DNA of 64,000 nucleotides, from positions 25,394 to 89,393 of the forward strand of contig JAHEZM010000009.1 in assembly GCA_023251075.1 (NCBI GenBank), written 5' to 3'. A program made the position numbers and the translations under genes. Shown here in pieces: positions 49,517 through 59,300 of the stretch (positions within the stretch are counted from its first letter, which is position 1; each line of letters opens with the position of its first letter). The notes under the pieces were generated by a model, which was not told where the DNA came from, searched no databases, and saw nothing but the letters and a program-made list of their open reading frames with translations. The stretch comes from Flavobacteriales bacterium. Lineage in GTDB: Bacteria; Bacteroidota; Bacteroidia; Flavobacteriales_C; GCA-002722245.

Positions 49517-50083
49517 ATGAATAAACCAAGTAATATGACTAACACCCGCAAAATTTACAATCCTATTCAAAAGGATTATGTTACGTTTTTGAAAACCTCG
49601 GAAGAAACCAATGGAGAATACACTTTGGTAGAAGTGGAACTTAGTGATGGAGGAGGTGTAGGCTTACATTATCATAAAACATATTCCGAAAAATTTGAAT
49701 GCATAGAAGGGGAAGTGCAAGTTGGCTTAGGCAAAAACATACACACTTTAAAGCCCGGAGAATCAGCTACAGCTGAACCTAACATCAATCATCTTTTTAG
49801 AAATAGAAGTGGACAAACCTGCAAATTCAGAGTGGAGCTTCGGCCCGCAAGTAGAGGCTTTGAGCAGTCGTTGCAAATTGGTTATGGACTTGCTAGCGAT
49901 GGACTTTGTAAATCAAATGGTTTTCCTAAAGATAAATTGGCATTGGCCTGGCTTTTTGAAATAAGCGAAAGTAATCTGCCAGGATGGATGAGTGTGTTTG
50001 AATTCATTCTCCGAAAACAATCTAAAAAGGCAAAACAAAAAGGAGTAGATAAAGCTCTTGTTGAAAAATACGTTCGATTTTAA
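49517..50083 (+). CDS. cupin-domain protein
   Basis: 188 aa. 'GGGVGLHYHKTYSEKFECIEGEVQV' is the cupin G(x)5HxH...E motif 1. 'PNINHLFRN' is motif 2. Confidence 0.7.
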   Translation: MNKPSNMTNTRKIYNPIQKDYVTFLKTSEETNGEYTLVEVELSDGGGVGLHYHKTYSEKFECIEGEVQVGLGKNIHTLKPGESATAEPNINHLFRNRSGQTCKFRVELRPASRGFEQSLQIGYGLASDGLCKSNGFPKDKLALAWLFEISESNLPGWMSVFEFILRKQSKKAKQKGVDKALVEKYVRF

Positions 50084-50120
50084 TTTATTTGAGCATTGAT
50101 GATGATTGATTTTTTGCTCT

Positions 50121-50861
50121 TTATTTTTGTATAGCAAATTCAGATATTTTTGTGGTATAGAATTCTCCAATGTCAAGTTTTATCCATCCCATCCTTTCAC
50201 TTCCAGAATCTTTAAATTTAAACCCTATATAGCTAATTTCTTGTTTTGGTAGCATATGGCATGCATCATCAATATAATAATGATTACTAATAATGGTGTC
50301 GTTTATTGTTTGGGTGGTTCCAATTTTGGTGAGTAAAGATGTTGTATAAAGAATAATTGTTTTTGAATGAAATTCATCGCTTGAATTTAAAATATCTTCT
50401 TCCTTTTTAGGGTTTATTTTTATTAGTCCATCTGTTATTTTTATAATGGAATCAGATGCATCTTGTCTCCAGCAGCTATTAGTAAATGTGTTGATAATGT
50501 TTACTTTTGATCCGTTAATGAGTTGAAAAATCCTTTTTTGCAAAAAAGTAGTATCCTTTATTGATAGCGAAAGAATCATAGATTCTTCATTTAAACATTC
50601 TATTCTAAGAGATGGAGAAGAAGCTCCTGCTGGACCTTTAGTAGAGGAAAAAGCAATCCTGAAATCATTTGTTTTATCTTCATTGACATCTATATCATAA
50701 AGTGACGTTAGCTGAACATTACAAGAGGTTTTATTTACTTTTTCCTCAGTACCAATAATAAGTTTATCACTATAGATAGGTGTATCGATTTGTTTTTTAC
50801 ACGAGAAAAAAACAGAGATCGCAAAACATACAACAAAGCGAAGTATAGATTTCAAATACAT
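50121..50861 (-). CDS. hypothetical lipoprotein
   Basis: 246 aa with lipobox 'SVFFSC|KKQ'. Confidence 0.5.
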   Translation of the reverse strand: MYLKSILRFVVCFAISVFFSCKKQIDTPIYSDKLIIGTEEKVNKTSCNVQLTSLYDIDVNEDKTNDFRIAFSSTKGPAGASSPSLRIECLNEESMILSLSIKDTTFLQKRIFQLINGSKVNIINTFTNSCWRQDASDSIIKITDGLIKINPKKEEDILNSSDEFHSKTIILYTTSLLTKIGTTQTINDTIISNHYYIDDACHMLPKQEISYIGFKFKDSGSERMGWIKLDIGEFYTTKISEFAIQK

Positions 50862-50944
50862 AGCAGAGCTAGTTTAGAGGTCTAACCTAAGGTAATAATT
50901 AATTCTATTGAATAAAAGAATTTTAATTGTGATTTTGCGATATT

Positions 50945-51688
50945 CTACTCTTCAATTTTATGCTGCAAATTTACCTCAGCGGTGTGTTTAATCATGTCGT
51001 GTGAAACCTCTTCACCGAGGTATTTGTCAATTAAATAATGCACCAAATAAATTAAGGGAATGATGGAAATAGCAATTAAAATTTTGAATGCGTAGCCATA
51101 AGAAGCATTGTGTAAAAGTTCATCCATGGTCCATTTCCCAGGCAACACAAAAGCAATAAATTGAACTACGAAGGTGTCTACCAGCTGACTGATTAAAGTA
51201 GATCCTGTAGCGCGCAACCAAATTTGTTTCTTACCGGTTTTGTTTCGTAGCGCCCAAAAGATATAACTATCCATCAGTTGCGAAGTAATGAAGGCGATGA
51301 TGCTTCCTGCTATAATCCACATCGATTGTCCGAAAACAATTTGAAAATTTTCATCATTCACTGGAGAAAAAGGAACTGCAGGGATATTCATGCAAATAAA
51401 AAGAATCAGGAATGCGAATCCAATTAATGCAACGGTGAGATAAGATAATTTTTTTACGCCCGATTGGCCATAATATTCATTTACCAGATCGGTAGTAATA
51501 AACACTACTGGCCATAGCACAATTCCAATGCTTTGTACAAAGGTTCCAAAAAATTCAATGAGTTTTCCGCCAATCAATTCAGCAACAATGGCATTGGTGA
51601 TAAAGAATCCAGCAAGGATTAAAAAAACAATATCTTTTTTATTGTTTAGGTTCATTTTGATCGATAGAAGTAACTCCTCCCGAAACAA
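50945..51688 (-). CDS. yhhQ: queuosine-precursor transporter, YhhQ/VUT (DUF165) family
   Basis: 'WPVVFITTDLVNEYYG' aligns with E. coli YhhQ 'FPFIFLATDLTVRIFG'. 'RATGSTLISQLVDTFVVQFIAF' is also present. About 6 TM helices. The likely start is the internal Met at 51655. Confidence 0.75.
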   Translation of the reverse strand: MFREELLLSIKMNLNNKKDIVFLILAGFFITNAIVAELIGGKLIEFFGTFVQSIGIVLWPVVFITTDLVNEYYGQSGVKKLSYLTVALIGFAFLILFICMNIPAVPFSPVNDENFQIVFGQSMWIIAGSIIAFITSQLMDSYIFWALRNKTGKKQIWLRATGSTLISQLVDTFVVQFIAFVLPGKWTMDELLHNASYGYAFKILIAISIIPLIYLVHYLIDKYLGEEVSHDMIKHTAEVNLQHKIEE

Positions 51689-52250
51689 TGAATTTCATTA
51701 CATCGGCAGATTTTGCATCTAATACTTTTATGTTCTTGGTTTCTACTATAAATAAGTTACCGGAAAATGCATAAGAATGAGGAAAATAAACGGCGGTGAA
51801 TTCTTTTCCTAGTCCAAGTTTTTCAAGATTTTCTTGTGTGATAAAACCCAATCGGTATAAATTATCTCCCTCCATTTTTACCATCACAGGATGTGTAAAT
51901 TTTTTTTCTTTCCCCACGAAAGCACCTAAAAGATCTTTTACAGAAGTATAGATGACTTTTATTAATGGAGCTCTGTTCAAAGCCTTTTTAAAATAGTTCA
52001 TGAATGGCTCGGCAATGAAAGTATTTCCTAAGAAGCCAAGTACAGTTAAGCTCAATAACAATGTAAGGATGCCTATTCCTGGAATCGATCCCACACTGGT
52101 TTCACCAACAACAGGAAGGGTGAGGGGAATGAAATTATCGGGGATGATATTGTCGATCCAGCTAAGGATTTTAATGATAACAACAACGGTAATAGCAAGA
52201 GGAACAACAAGTAAAATTCCTTGAAGTAAGTATTTCAGCAATCTATTCAT
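51639..52250 (-). CDS. DUF502 family membrane protein
   Basis: 203 aa with an N-terminal TM pair. 'IPGIGILTLLLSLTVLGFLG' and 'APLIKVIYTSVKDL' are typical of DUF502. Confidence 0.6.
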   Translation of the reverse strand: MNRLLKYLLQGILLVVPLAITVVVIIKILSWIDNIIPDNFIPLTLPVVGETSVGSIPGIGILTLLLSLTVLGFLGNTFIAEPFMNYFKKALNRAPLIKVIYTSVKDLLGAFVGKEKKFTHPVMVKMEGDNLYRLGFITQENLEKLGLGKEFTAVYFPHSYAFSGNLFIVETKNIKVLDAKSADVMKFIVSGGVTSIDQNEPKQ

Positions 52251-52259
52251 GAGAGAAAA

Positions 52260-54488
52260 TTATTCGGTGTAAATAATTTCGCTGTATTTGTCGATTTGCC
52301 CTATAATTCGAAACTCAGTTCGTCGATTTTTTTGACGACCTTCAGGATCATCAGACCCATCTGGCTTGTCGTTAGGAGCAATGAATCTAGTTTCGCCATA
52401 ACCTTTAGCACGTAAACGTTTAGGGTCAATTTTTTTAGAAATTAAGTAATTTACTACCGATTCTGCTCTTTTTTGCGACAGCACTATGTTGTACTCATCA
52501 CTACCACGCGCATCTGTATGAGAACCAATTTCGGCAATTATATCAGGATTTTCTACTAAGATTTTATAGATTGTAGTATCGATAGTTATGGTACTTTCAG
52601 GTGTAAGATTTGCTTTGTCGTATTCATAGTAAATATTTGGAATAACAATAGGTTGTTTAGAGATATTATGTAAGCCAACTGGTTGAAATATTGTGTCGGA
52701 TTTTATCATTTTCTTTGTTGAAAATTCAAATGCATTGGAGAAATATCCTGGTCGAGAAACAACAAATCTGTACTTTTCATCTTCTTCTAGTGTTAAAAGA
52801 AGCTGGCCATTTTTATCAACAGGAATCTCTCTAACAAAAATCTCGCCCCCACTATTGCTATCATTTAAAACAAACAATTTCACGACGGTTGAATCCATTG
52901 TTGTTCTGGTAACATATTCATTTTTATTATGATCAAAAACCTCTTTAATCTCATGTTTTTTATCGCTTTTATACACAAATAAATCTATAGCTAAATGCAA
53001 TGTTTTTTTATGTTGGTATAAATCAAAACAGCAATATTCATGTTTAAGCGCAATGCTGGGTTTTCTATTGGAAGAAAGAAATCCTTCGTCACCTTTTTCA
53101 TTTACTATGTAGTAGATATCATCAACATGCGTGTTGATTGGGGCTTTTAAATTGCTTGGCGCACTTAATTTTGCTGTTTCGCCAAAAGACTTAAAGATGT
53201 CTAGTCCTCCCATTCCAGGCCATCCATCTGAACTGAAATACAATATCTTATTAACATTGTCGTAAAATGGGGTGAGTTCATCGCCGACAGTATTTATTTT
53301 GCTACCGGCATTTTTAGGATTTGAATATTTTTTCTTCGCTTCGTCATAATTTGAATACCAGATATCGTAGCCTCCTTTGCTTCCTTTTTTATCTGAGCAA
53401 AAATACAGTACTTCAGCTTCAGTGCTCGATTCATATCCTATTGCAGGCATGGTGGCATTAAATCCCGGAATGTTTATGACATCTGGTAGTTTAACGGGAA
53501 TTTGCCAAGCACCATCTACCTTTTTTGAAACATATATTCTATGCAATTTTTTTTGAATTTGAGGGTCGTATTCTTTTAATGTAAAAAAGAACTTGTCTTT
53601 TTCTGCATTAAAACAACCATTTTCAACATTAGAGCTATCTACATTAAATGAATCGTTGAAAGGCATACTATCAGTCCAAACATCTTTGTGTCTATTTCCC
53701 ATATAAAATCTTGTAAGAGGGGGAAGTGGGTCGGGAAGAGGTTTTCTAAGTTCAAGTGCTGTATCGGTTTTAAACGGAGCATATTGAAAATTCGTGAACT
53801 GGGATGTTCTTTTAAAATACAATAAGGTATCGGCTTTTAACGACACATAAATGAATGAATTTTTATCGTAAAGAATAGGAGATACATCCATATATGCTTT
53901 ATTGATAGAGGTGTCTAAATGTGTAATTTCTAGTGAACTTCCTTTGTTCGTGAAAAGGTTCATACTGTCAATCCCGAGGATTTGTATTTTCACTAATTTT
54001 TTACGCGCAGCAGCACCAGGACTTTTATCAAATTTGCTGTTTTTTTTATATTTCTCTAAAGTTTCTTTTGCTGCAGTAATATCTCCCAGCATTTTTTGCA
54101 TTACTCCTTGGTAATAAAGCGCCTTGATTAATTTTTTCGGTTTAAGATCATAGGCTTGTTTGTAGTAATGCTCAGCATTTTTATAGTCGTTAGCTTTTCT
54201 GTAAGCGTCGGCCAATTCAAAGGTCACTTTAGGTTTGGCGAAGATGTAGTTGGGCCAGGTTGGTTTGTGATTGATGTAATACTTATAGTATTCAATTGCA
54301 TTATAATCTTTTTCAGCAGCTGTTAGTCGAGCAATTCTTTTCATCGAAAAAAACCACCTTTTAAAAATTGCGGTATCCACTTCTTCCTGTGCAAAAGAAG
54401 TAGCGTTACACAATACAAAAACGACTATTAAATACTTAATATATTTCACAAGGAATGGTATATTTTGAAGGGGTTGGATGCGGTGCAA
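52260..54488 (-). CDS. OmpA-family outer-membrane protein with N-terminal TPR and TolB-like beta-propeller repeats and a C-terminal OmpA peptidoglycan-binding domain
   Basis: 742 aa with a signal peptide, TPR units in the first ~150 aa, and 'YFSSDGWPGMGGLDIFKS' (WD40-like/TolB repeat). The C-terminus has 'IAEIGSHTDARGSDEYNIVLSQKRAESVVNYL...GYGETR' (the OmpA motif). Confidence 0.8.
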   Translation of the reverse strand: MHRIQPLQNIPFLVKYIKYLIVVFVLCNATSFAQEEVDTAIFKRWFFSMKRIARLTAAEKDYNAIEYYKYYINHKPTWPNYIFAKPKVTFELADAYRKANDYKNAEHYYKQAYDLKPKKLIKALYYQGVMQKMLGDITAAKETLEKYKKNSKFDKSPGAAARKKLVKIQILGIDSMNLFTNKGSSLEITHLDTSINKAYMDVSPILYDKNSFIYVSLKADTLLYFKRTSQFTNFQYAPFKTDTALELRKPLPDPLPPLTRFYMGNRHKDVWTDSMPFNDSFNVDSSNVENGCFNAEKDKFFFTLKEYDPQIQKKLHRIYVSKKVDGAWQIPVKLPDVINIPGFNATMPAIGYESSTEAEVLYFCSDKKGSKGGYDIWYSNYDEAKKKYSNPKNAGSKINTVGDELTPFYDNVNKILYFSSDGWPGMGGLDIFKSFGETAKLSAPSNLKAPINTHVDDIYYIVNEKGDEGFLSSNRKPSIALKHEYCCFDLYQHKKTLHLAIDLFVYKSDKKHEIKEVFDHNKNEYVTRTTMDSTVVKLFVLNDSNSGGEIFVREIPVDKNGQLLLTLEEDEKYRFVVSRPGYFSNAFEFSTKKMIKSDTIFQPVGLHNISKQPIVIPNIYYEYDKANLTPESTITIDTTIYKILVENPDIIAEIGSHTDARGSDEYNIVLSQKRAESVVNYLISKKIDPKRLRAKGYGETRFIAPNDKPDGSDDPEGRQKNRRTEFRIIGQIDKYSEIIYTE

Positions 54489-55470
54489 TGTAAGTTAATG
54501 AAATCTCGAAAGCACCTTTATAAAAGGTAGATGTGGAAAGTTTTGAAACGTTTACATCGTAGGCAAATCCATATCTGTAATTTTTGGTTTCAGCACCAAA
54601 AATAAAAGCAATAGCATCTATATTTCTTGAAACTCCACCTCTGTAGGCTAAACCTGCAAATAAAACAGAAAGGTTGGTTTTGTTGGGTGCTAATCTGTAG
54701 TTATAATGAGCAGCTAAAAGTAAATCGGAAGCTTTCTTTTTATACATATATAAAGCGTGTCCGGTGATATAAGATTTAGCATTAATATTGTAATTTGAAC
54801 CTCCGCTGAATACGTAGCGAGGAGGAACTTTTGTATTGATTGAAGTAAAATTTTCTGATGGCCAGTTGAAATGGAACATTGATAAACCTCCTTCAACTAT
54901 CCATTTTTCATTTAATCTGTTTTTGTAGTTGAAACCAATATTCATATCTAAATAATTGCTGTTGTTCACAGCAAAACTTTCTCCACTAGAAAAGCTGGTA
55001 TTGAAACCACCAATGGTGTTATCAAACTGCCCTGGAAAAGATAAACTGGAATAATTTAAAGACCGTTTGTTAAAGCCTATTGATGAACCTAAACTGAACT
55101 GTTGGTAACCAATTGCTTTATGCCAAGCGGCTGAAAGCATAAGCTTATTCATATATAATGTTTGATCGGCAGATTGATCAAAAGCATAAAATCCTCCTAA
55201 ACCAACCGTTTGACCAAGAAACTGTAATTGGTAGTCGAAAGAAACTGCTGAGGTTACGTACGGTTTAACGATTGATCCCCATTGATTTCTGAAATTTGCA
55301 TTTACTCTCCAATCCCCAATAAACCTTCCGGTATTAGAGGGATTCAATGTTAATTGTGGTTCATAGAATTGCGTGAAATGAATGTCTTGTCCGGAAAGGG
55401 ATAAACACGAAAAAAGCAACATTAAAGCTGTTGCGATTCTTTTTACGTATGCCTTAATAACAACTACCAC
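54436..55470 (-). CDS. type IX secretion system membrane protein PorP/SprF family
   Basis: 344 aa with a signal peptide. 'QDIHFTQFYEPQLTLNPSNTG' matches the conserved PorP/SprF N-terminal motif. The protein is beta-barrel-like with alternating hydrophobicity throughout. Confidence 0.75.
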   Translation of the reverse strand: MVVVIKAYVKRIATALMLLFSCLSLSGQDIHFTQFYEPQLTLNPSNTGRFIGDWRVNANFRNQWGSIVKPYVTSAVSFDYQLQFLGQTVGLGGFYAFDQSADQTLYMNKLMLSAAWHKAIGYQQFSLGSSIGFNKRSLNYSSLSFPGQFDNTIGGFNTSFSSGESFAVNNSNYLDMNIGFNYKNRLNEKWIVEGGLSMFHFNWPSENFTSINTKVPPRYVFSGGSNYNINAKSYITGHALYMYKKKASDLLLAAHYNYRLAPNKTNLSVLFAGLAYRGGVSRNIDAIAFIFGAETKNYRYGFAYDVNVSKLSTSTFYKGAFEISLTYIAPHPTPSKYTIPCEIY

Positions 55471-56294
55471 AGATAATTTCTTTTGGTTTTAAACATTAAT
55501 AGCATCCTGTTAAATTGTTCGGGGGTGAATGATTTTGCACAACCGGTTTGGTATCTGCTCATATGATTACAAATGGGTGGAGTGTAGTATTCACCATTTC
55601 CATCTTTTAAATTTTTGTTATTGATATGACATTGCGGATCGGAGGCATCATTAGGATCGGCTTCTGTGTCGCACATTAAATCCCCTGTGGTGGCACAGTT
55701 GGTACCACTCGCCAATTCATTTCCAAACTGGGTGTCAAAAGTATCATACAAACCAAAGTAGTGTCCCATTTCATGAGTTATAGCAGAAATATCATTGTAA
55801 TTGATCAGCATAAAATCTCTAAGTACTGTGTCGCTCATTGTGGCCACATCATTGGCGGAAACAGTTACACCATAGCCACCGTCCAAACTTCCCCAAAGCG
55901 GAGTTACAGAAGCAGAGTAATAAACATTGATCGTATTGGGAACGTTGTATTTAGTGGTGATTTCTTTTACGTAATTCAACCCAGTTTTTACATTATATAT
56001 AGATTCGTAAACAGTATCATATCTGCAAATTTTAAACTGAACGCACATTGCTTTAAATGAGTTATTTAATGTGGTTATAGAGTTTTGTATCATTACAGGT
56101 GTTGCACTTGCTATACCCGCAGTATCCAACACAACATGAATAGACAAAGAAATTGTTTTATTTGGACACTCATTTACATCAACAATATTAGTCGCCATTT
56201 GTGCATTCATTTGCACAGCAAAAAAAGTTAATAAAACGAATATTAGTTGACGAATCATGAAACGAAAATAACTAAAAAATAATAAGACAAACAA
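55464..56294 (-). CDS. secreted zinc metalloprotease-like protein (HExxHxxGxxD, snapalysin/M43-like zincin)
   Basis: 276 aa with a signal peptide. 'ITHEMGHYFGLYDTFD' is present, and a Cys-rich C-terminus. It overlaps the porP/sprF start by 7 bp, so it is the first gene of that operon. No T9SS CTD is recognisable. Confidence 0.6.
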   Translation of the reverse strand: MFVLLFFSYFRFMIRQLIFVLLTFFAVQMNAQMATNIVDVNECPNKTISLSIHVVLDTAGIASATPVMIQNSITTLNNSFKAMCVQFKICRYDTVYESIYNVKTGLNYVKEITTKYNVPNTINVYYSASVTPLWGSLDGGYGVTVSANDVATMSDTVLRDFMLINYNDISAITHEMGHYFGLYDTFDTQFGNELASGTNCATTGDLMCDTEADPNDASDPQCHINNKNLKDGNGEYYTPPICNHMSRYQTGCAKSFTPEQFNRMLLMFKTKRNYLW

Positions 56295-56356
56295 TTAAAG
56301 TTTCAATAAAAAAGATTTTTCTTCGATTTATTTATTTCATTATCTTCACCCTTATA

Positions 56357-59300
56357 ATGACAATATCTGTGTGTAAAAATTTAACGCTTATCGAAAAAAC
56401 AAAAAGAATTGGCTTGTTGCTTTTTTTCTTTTTAGTTGCTCAGTTTTCTTATTCACAAATCACTGCCGATGTTACTGATGGATGTGCTCCTTTAACAGTA
56501 AAATTTACCCATATTACGGGCGCAAGTAATGACTCTTGGCAGTTTGGTGATGCTTCTTCATCAAACTTACCAACACCAACGCATATTTATTCGGTTCCCG
56601 GAACATACACCGTTAATTATACCGGTACTAATGGTGGTGCAGTTAGTGGTTCGATGACTATTACAGTTCATCCAAAGCCTACCGCAAAATTTACGGCCGT
56701 ACCGACCCATGGATGTATTCCTTTAGCAGTACAATTTACCGATCAATCAACGGGTGGAGGTGGTAGCGCTGTTACAGGATGGCAATGGACTTATGGCGAC
56801 GGAGGTAGCAACAATACCACTCAAAATCCTCTTTATAGTTTTTCTTTGGTGGGTAGCTTTAATGTGATTTTAATTGCTACCGATGCAAATGGTTGTAGTG
56901 ATGATACTGTTTGGACTACTCCGATTGTAACTACTAATAATCCTCCTAATGCGAACTTTACCGCATCTGCAACTCAATCTTGTACAGCGCCACTTACGGT
57001 TACATTTAATAGCACTTCTACTAATGGTAATGGAGGTGTGTTAAGTTGGAACTGGGATTTTGGAAATGGAACTACTTCTACTTTGGAACACCCTGCTGCT
57101 GTAACTTACAATACTGTAGGGAATTATTTTGCAAAATTAGTGGTATCAGAATCTAACGGATGTTCAGATTCTCTTACAGTTCCAATTATTGTGAATAAAC
57201 CGCTGGCTTCTTTTTCCATGACCAATGATACTATATGTCCGTTTTTCGGTTATCAGTTCACTAATTTAAGTTTAGGTGCAACGTCTTATGCTTGGGATTT
57301 TGGAAATGGTAAAGTGTCCAATCAAATTAATCCTGTAACGGGGTATTCAGTTCCCGGAACTTATAATGTGAAACTTACTGCCAGTGCTAATGGATGTTCA
57401 GATGATACTACGATAGCCGTTGTGGTTGAAAATGTAGTTGCAAATTTTAGCAGGGTTCCTTCTTATTATTGTGATTTTCCAATGAATGTGCAATACACCG
57501 ATTTATCTTCTCCTGATATTATTTCATGGGCATGGACTTTTGGTGATACTAAAACCAGTAATCAACAAAACCCAAGTCATTCATTTCAAAAACCTGATGG
57601 TAGTGAATATACTGTTTACGATCCTATTCATGAAAACAATGAGTTGATTGTTACAAGTGCCCAGGGTTGTAAAGACACTATTGTAAAAACAGATACGATA
57701 TGGCCAATTGTTGGAAGATTACAACCTGATGTTGCAGAAGGTTGTGTTCCGCTCACGGTAAATTTTTCTGATTCTAGCAGATCGAAAGAACCAATTACTG
57801 CTTACAAATGGCGCTTTGGTGATGGAGATACTTCTATAGTACAAAACCCAACCCATACTTATGTGGCTGTTGGTGAATATAAAGTTACTGTTGATGTCAC
57901 TAATTCCGCAGGCTGCAGAGATACCAGTTACGAGATAGTGATTAGGGTGGGCGAACCAACGAGTCCTAATTTTTCTATTTCACCGGCAACAGTTTGTCCG
58001 CAAGATACAGTCACTTTAACCAATTTAACTACACACGATTCAACCGATACATGGCATTATACTGCTGACGCTTCCAATCTTTCTTCTTGTCCTGGAGACG
58101 CTAGTGTTAAATGGCTTTTTGGTTCTGTTACCGGTCCGCAAGATATTACTTTAACTACTGGATTTAACGGTTGTTATGCTGATACAACCATTCAAAATGC
58201 CGTAATGGTAAATGGTCCTATTGCTCATTTGAAATTCAGTGCTCTTTGTGTTGCTCCAATGGACTATACTTTTGTTGCTGATACGTCTGATGCTGATTCA
58301 TGGACTTGGATTTTTGGAGAAGGTGGAGTGGGTGATACCATAAAAAACTCTACCGATACCTTGGTTACCCATACTTATGCTGGTTCAGGTAATTACTGGG
58401 CAAGAATTATTGCTCATAACAACACTTCTGGTTGCGCGGATTTTGTAGATAGCGTATTGGTAAAAGTAAGAGATATCAAAGCTTTAATAACTCAGGATTC
58501 TGTGATTTGCGAAAAGGTACCTCATACTTTTAATGCAGCCGGATCAAGTGATGTTTTTTCAGCATGTAATAATGGTTATCGTTGGGATTGGGGTGATGGA
58601 TCTCCTCCTGATTTAAATGGTATAAACACTTATACTCATACCTATGCAGATACCGGAGTGTATTCCATTCGTTTAATTACCACAGCGGAAACAGGATGTA
58701 AGGACACTAATTTCTTTGATGTTAAAGTATTTGGAATTAAAGCTGATTTCTTGGCAGATAAAATCACCGGTTGTCTTCCGTTGACGGTTAATTTCACTGA
58801 TCAATCTGTTTCAGATACTACGGTAACTCAATGGACTTGGAAGTGGGCGGATGGAACGCTTAACGGAACAACTCAAAATCCTTCACATACCTACTTTGGC
58901 GGCTCCCCAAGTTATACCGTTAAATTAATTGCTCAGGATGCTTTGGGTTGTATTGATAGTACTACAAAAGTGATTACACCATACTATCCTGCACCTAATT
59001 TTACAGGTCCAACTCAAGTTTGTACCGGAACACCTCATGCTACTGTTTTTAATGCTACAGGAACGAATTTAGCATCTTATTCCTGGAATTTTAATGACGG
59101 TACAGGTTTGCAAAGTGGTAATAATATTACACATGCATTTAGTCCTGCAGGTTCTTATGCCGTAAAATTAGTGGTAACGGATACTCACGGTTGTATGGAT
59201 TCGATCACTAAAAACAATTATGTTCAGGTACAAGATTATCCGGTAGCTGCTTTTACTTCTGATGCTGATAATGTTTCTCCTTTATGTTACCCTAAACAGA